DNA of 64,000 nt from a virus. Taxonomy: Duplodnaviria > Heunggongvirae > Uroviricota > Caudoviricetes. The stretch is taken from the IMG/VR virus record IMGVR_UViG_3300022916_000894; one strand, given 5' to 3'. Positions 62,369-64,000 of the stretch are shown here, one piece after another. The first letter of the stretch is position 1, and each line of letters begins with the position of its first letter. Below the pieces are notes generated by a model. The model ran no database searches and had not been told where the DNA came from. It was given only the letters and a program-made list of their open reading frames with translations. Position numbers and translations under genes: made by a program.

Positions 62369-63987
62369 TTGATAACATCCAACTTTATAGTTGCCTTATC
62401 CATAGTCATCTTCTCAGTTTTTCCTGCGTACCTACCAGTCTGCCAATCTATAACAATCAAATTCTCCTGAGCGTCTACAACACGACCTTCTATTTGCTCA
62501 TAAATCATTCCGACTTGCCTTACTCTCACCTTGTCTCCAACCTGGAAAGGAAGAGGAGAACTTCTATCTTCCATTGTATATGGCATATCGACTCTTTCTA
62601 ATGGGCTTTGCCCTTCGTAGCCATCAAACCCTGATGGTTCAGACGCAGATGAAGCATCCGCTTTCTTTTGCATTTTGTACCAATTATTAGCAAGATTCGT
62701 TTCATGATATTCTGACATTTGCTGTCTCCGTATTTGCTGTTTCCATATATTACCCCAGTTACGACCACTTTTACGAATAAATTCTTTAGCATCGTCTAGC
62801 GTCTTTATATAGCCCAACTGCTGCTGTTCAATCACTTTCATCATAATAAACTTGATATAGTGCGTTGGACGCTTAATCCTTGAATCGCTCAACATAGCGT
62901 CCCTTGGCAAGTCTGGTACAAGTTCTTGCATCATTTCTCGAATTACATTACCAAACTTATCTCCAACAGGCGTTCTGGTAAGCGTTCCCAGCGTATCTCT
63001 ATAGTTTTTTACTACATTTATAAGTTTCTGATTAATCGCCTTAGTTTCCTCTATTTCACGCTCAGTCATATCACTTTTGCCCATTGAATCAGCACGATGA
63101 TGATACATAATCCATTGCCACAAACGACCATATGGTGTAATCCATTTTTCTAAGTCTTTTATTCTATTGGCTTTATCTTCATCACTGATTCTGGTATCTT
63201 TTTTAACATTTTCTATAGCCATCATCAATGTATCAAGCCTTTGGTCTACACTCTGTAAAAATTGTCCCAAATGACGATTCATCGTATCTTTTGCTTTTCT
63301 AGAATTACCTGATTTTGATTTCTCTTCATACATTTCTACAAATTTCTTCAAATTAGTAGGTGTCATATGACCTCTAACAATCAATTCAACAAAATCTCGT
63401 TCCTCTTCATTGAAATTCATGTCTTTGAGTGTCTGAGACAAGAATGTAGCTGATTCCACTTCGTGACGTATATAACGCATACGTTCTACAGTTTCTTCTC
63501 CCCTTTGGAATGTAACTGGCTTACCAGTTTTCTTATCAATCTTAGGGGCACGAATATCAGGTGACATTTTTCCAAAATCGTGCAACAGACCAGCCAAAAG
63601 AACCAATCCTCTTTCATCACTGTTGTCTTCTAATCCGATTTCGTTTGCTATGTTTTTTAACTCTTCCATTACGCGAAGAGTATGCCCTTTCAATGTAAGA
63701 TTATGAAAAGGACTTTGTTGATCCATGTCCATGTTATACCATTCAGGACTTACATTGAATACTAATTTATAGAAGTTAGAATCCAATAACAGTCTACTTG
63801 CTGGAATTGGGTCTTTAGATTGCATCATTTTTCTGAGTTCTTTAGAAGACCTACTTGGTGCAACTTTCGCCTTATACGCTTTCGAGAATTCAGAATTAGG
63901 GTCTTTAGATTGCTCCATAACCTTGATAATGTTACTATCTATTTTTGCGTTAGGATAACGAGTATAGAAACGCAATACTCTCAACAT
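62365..63987 (-). CDS. tRNA nucleotidyltransferase (CCA-adding/poly(A) polymerase family) body and HD domain. The gene is probably 5'-truncated by the window end
   Basis: LRVLRFYTRYPNAKID matches the RxxRxxRF neck motif. A C-terminal HD domain reads LLAGLLHDFGK. The ORF reaches the window edge with no head domain. Confidence 0.5.
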   Translation of the reverse strand: MLRVLRFYTRYPNAKIDSNIIKVMEQSKDPNSEFSKAYKAKVAPSRSSKELRKMMQSKDPIPASRLLLDSNFYKLVFNVSPEWYNMDMDQQSPFHNLTLKGHTLRVMEELKNIANEIGLEDNSDERGLVLLAGLLHDFGKMSPDIRAPKIDKKTGKPVTFQRGEETVERMRYIRHEVESATFLSQTLKDMNFNEEERDFVELIVRGHMTPTNLKKFVEMYEEKSKSGNSRKAKDTMNRHLGQFLQSVDQRLDTLMMAIENVKKDTRISDEDKANRIKDLEKWITPYGRLWQWIMYHHRADSMGKSDMTEREIEETKAINQKLINVVKNYRDTLGTLTRTPVGDKFGNVIREMMQELVPDLPRDAMLSDSRIKRPTHYIKFIMMKVIEQQQLGYIKTLDDAKEFIRKSGRNWGNIWKQQIRRQQMSEYHETNLANNWYKMQKKADASSASEPSGFDGYEGQSPLERVDMPYTMEDRSSPLPFQVGDKVRVRQVGMIYEQIEGRVVDAQENLIVIDWQTGRYAGKTEKMTMDKATIKLDVIK

Positions 63988-64000
63988 CCTAAGAGGGTCT

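Overview
The window is AT-rich (roughly one-third GC by eye), densely coding, and almost entirely minus-strand. It looks like a large phage or phage-like mobile element rather than a cellular chromosome. Supporting content: an NAD-dependent DNA ligase, a nucleotide-metabolism block, a Dam methylase, a beta-helix tail-fibre-like protein, several homing endonucleases, at least three inteins plus a naturally split ('fractured') gene, and an RNA/tRNA-repair toolkit.

The headline observation is the left 7.9 kb. It holds a compact type I-E-like CRISPR-Cas locus, all on the minus strand, in the order Cas3 (HD nuclease + helicase), Cas8e/Cse1-like, Cse2-like, Cas7e, and a single ORF that fuses Cas5e to Cas6e. 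This locus is bracketed by two CRISPR arrays. They share a 29-nt palindromic repeat, CGGTTCACCCCCACACGCGTGGGGAATAC, with 32-33-nt spacers. One array is cut by the window start. No cas1 or cas2 is visible anywhere in the 64 kb. The spacers are markedly GC-richer than the surrounding element.

The most unusual individual features are:
- the Cas5e-Cas6e fusion;
- a GMP-reductase gene split by an N-intein / C-intein pair with a free-standing HNH endonuclease gene between the halves;
- full inteins inserted exactly at catalytic motifs of a MoxR ATPase and a Dam methylase;
- an RNA-ligase-like gene that ends in an intein-like block right after its KxDG motif.

All calls come from motif-level reading of the supplied translations. 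No database search was run, so family assignments are the names a search would be expected to return, not results.
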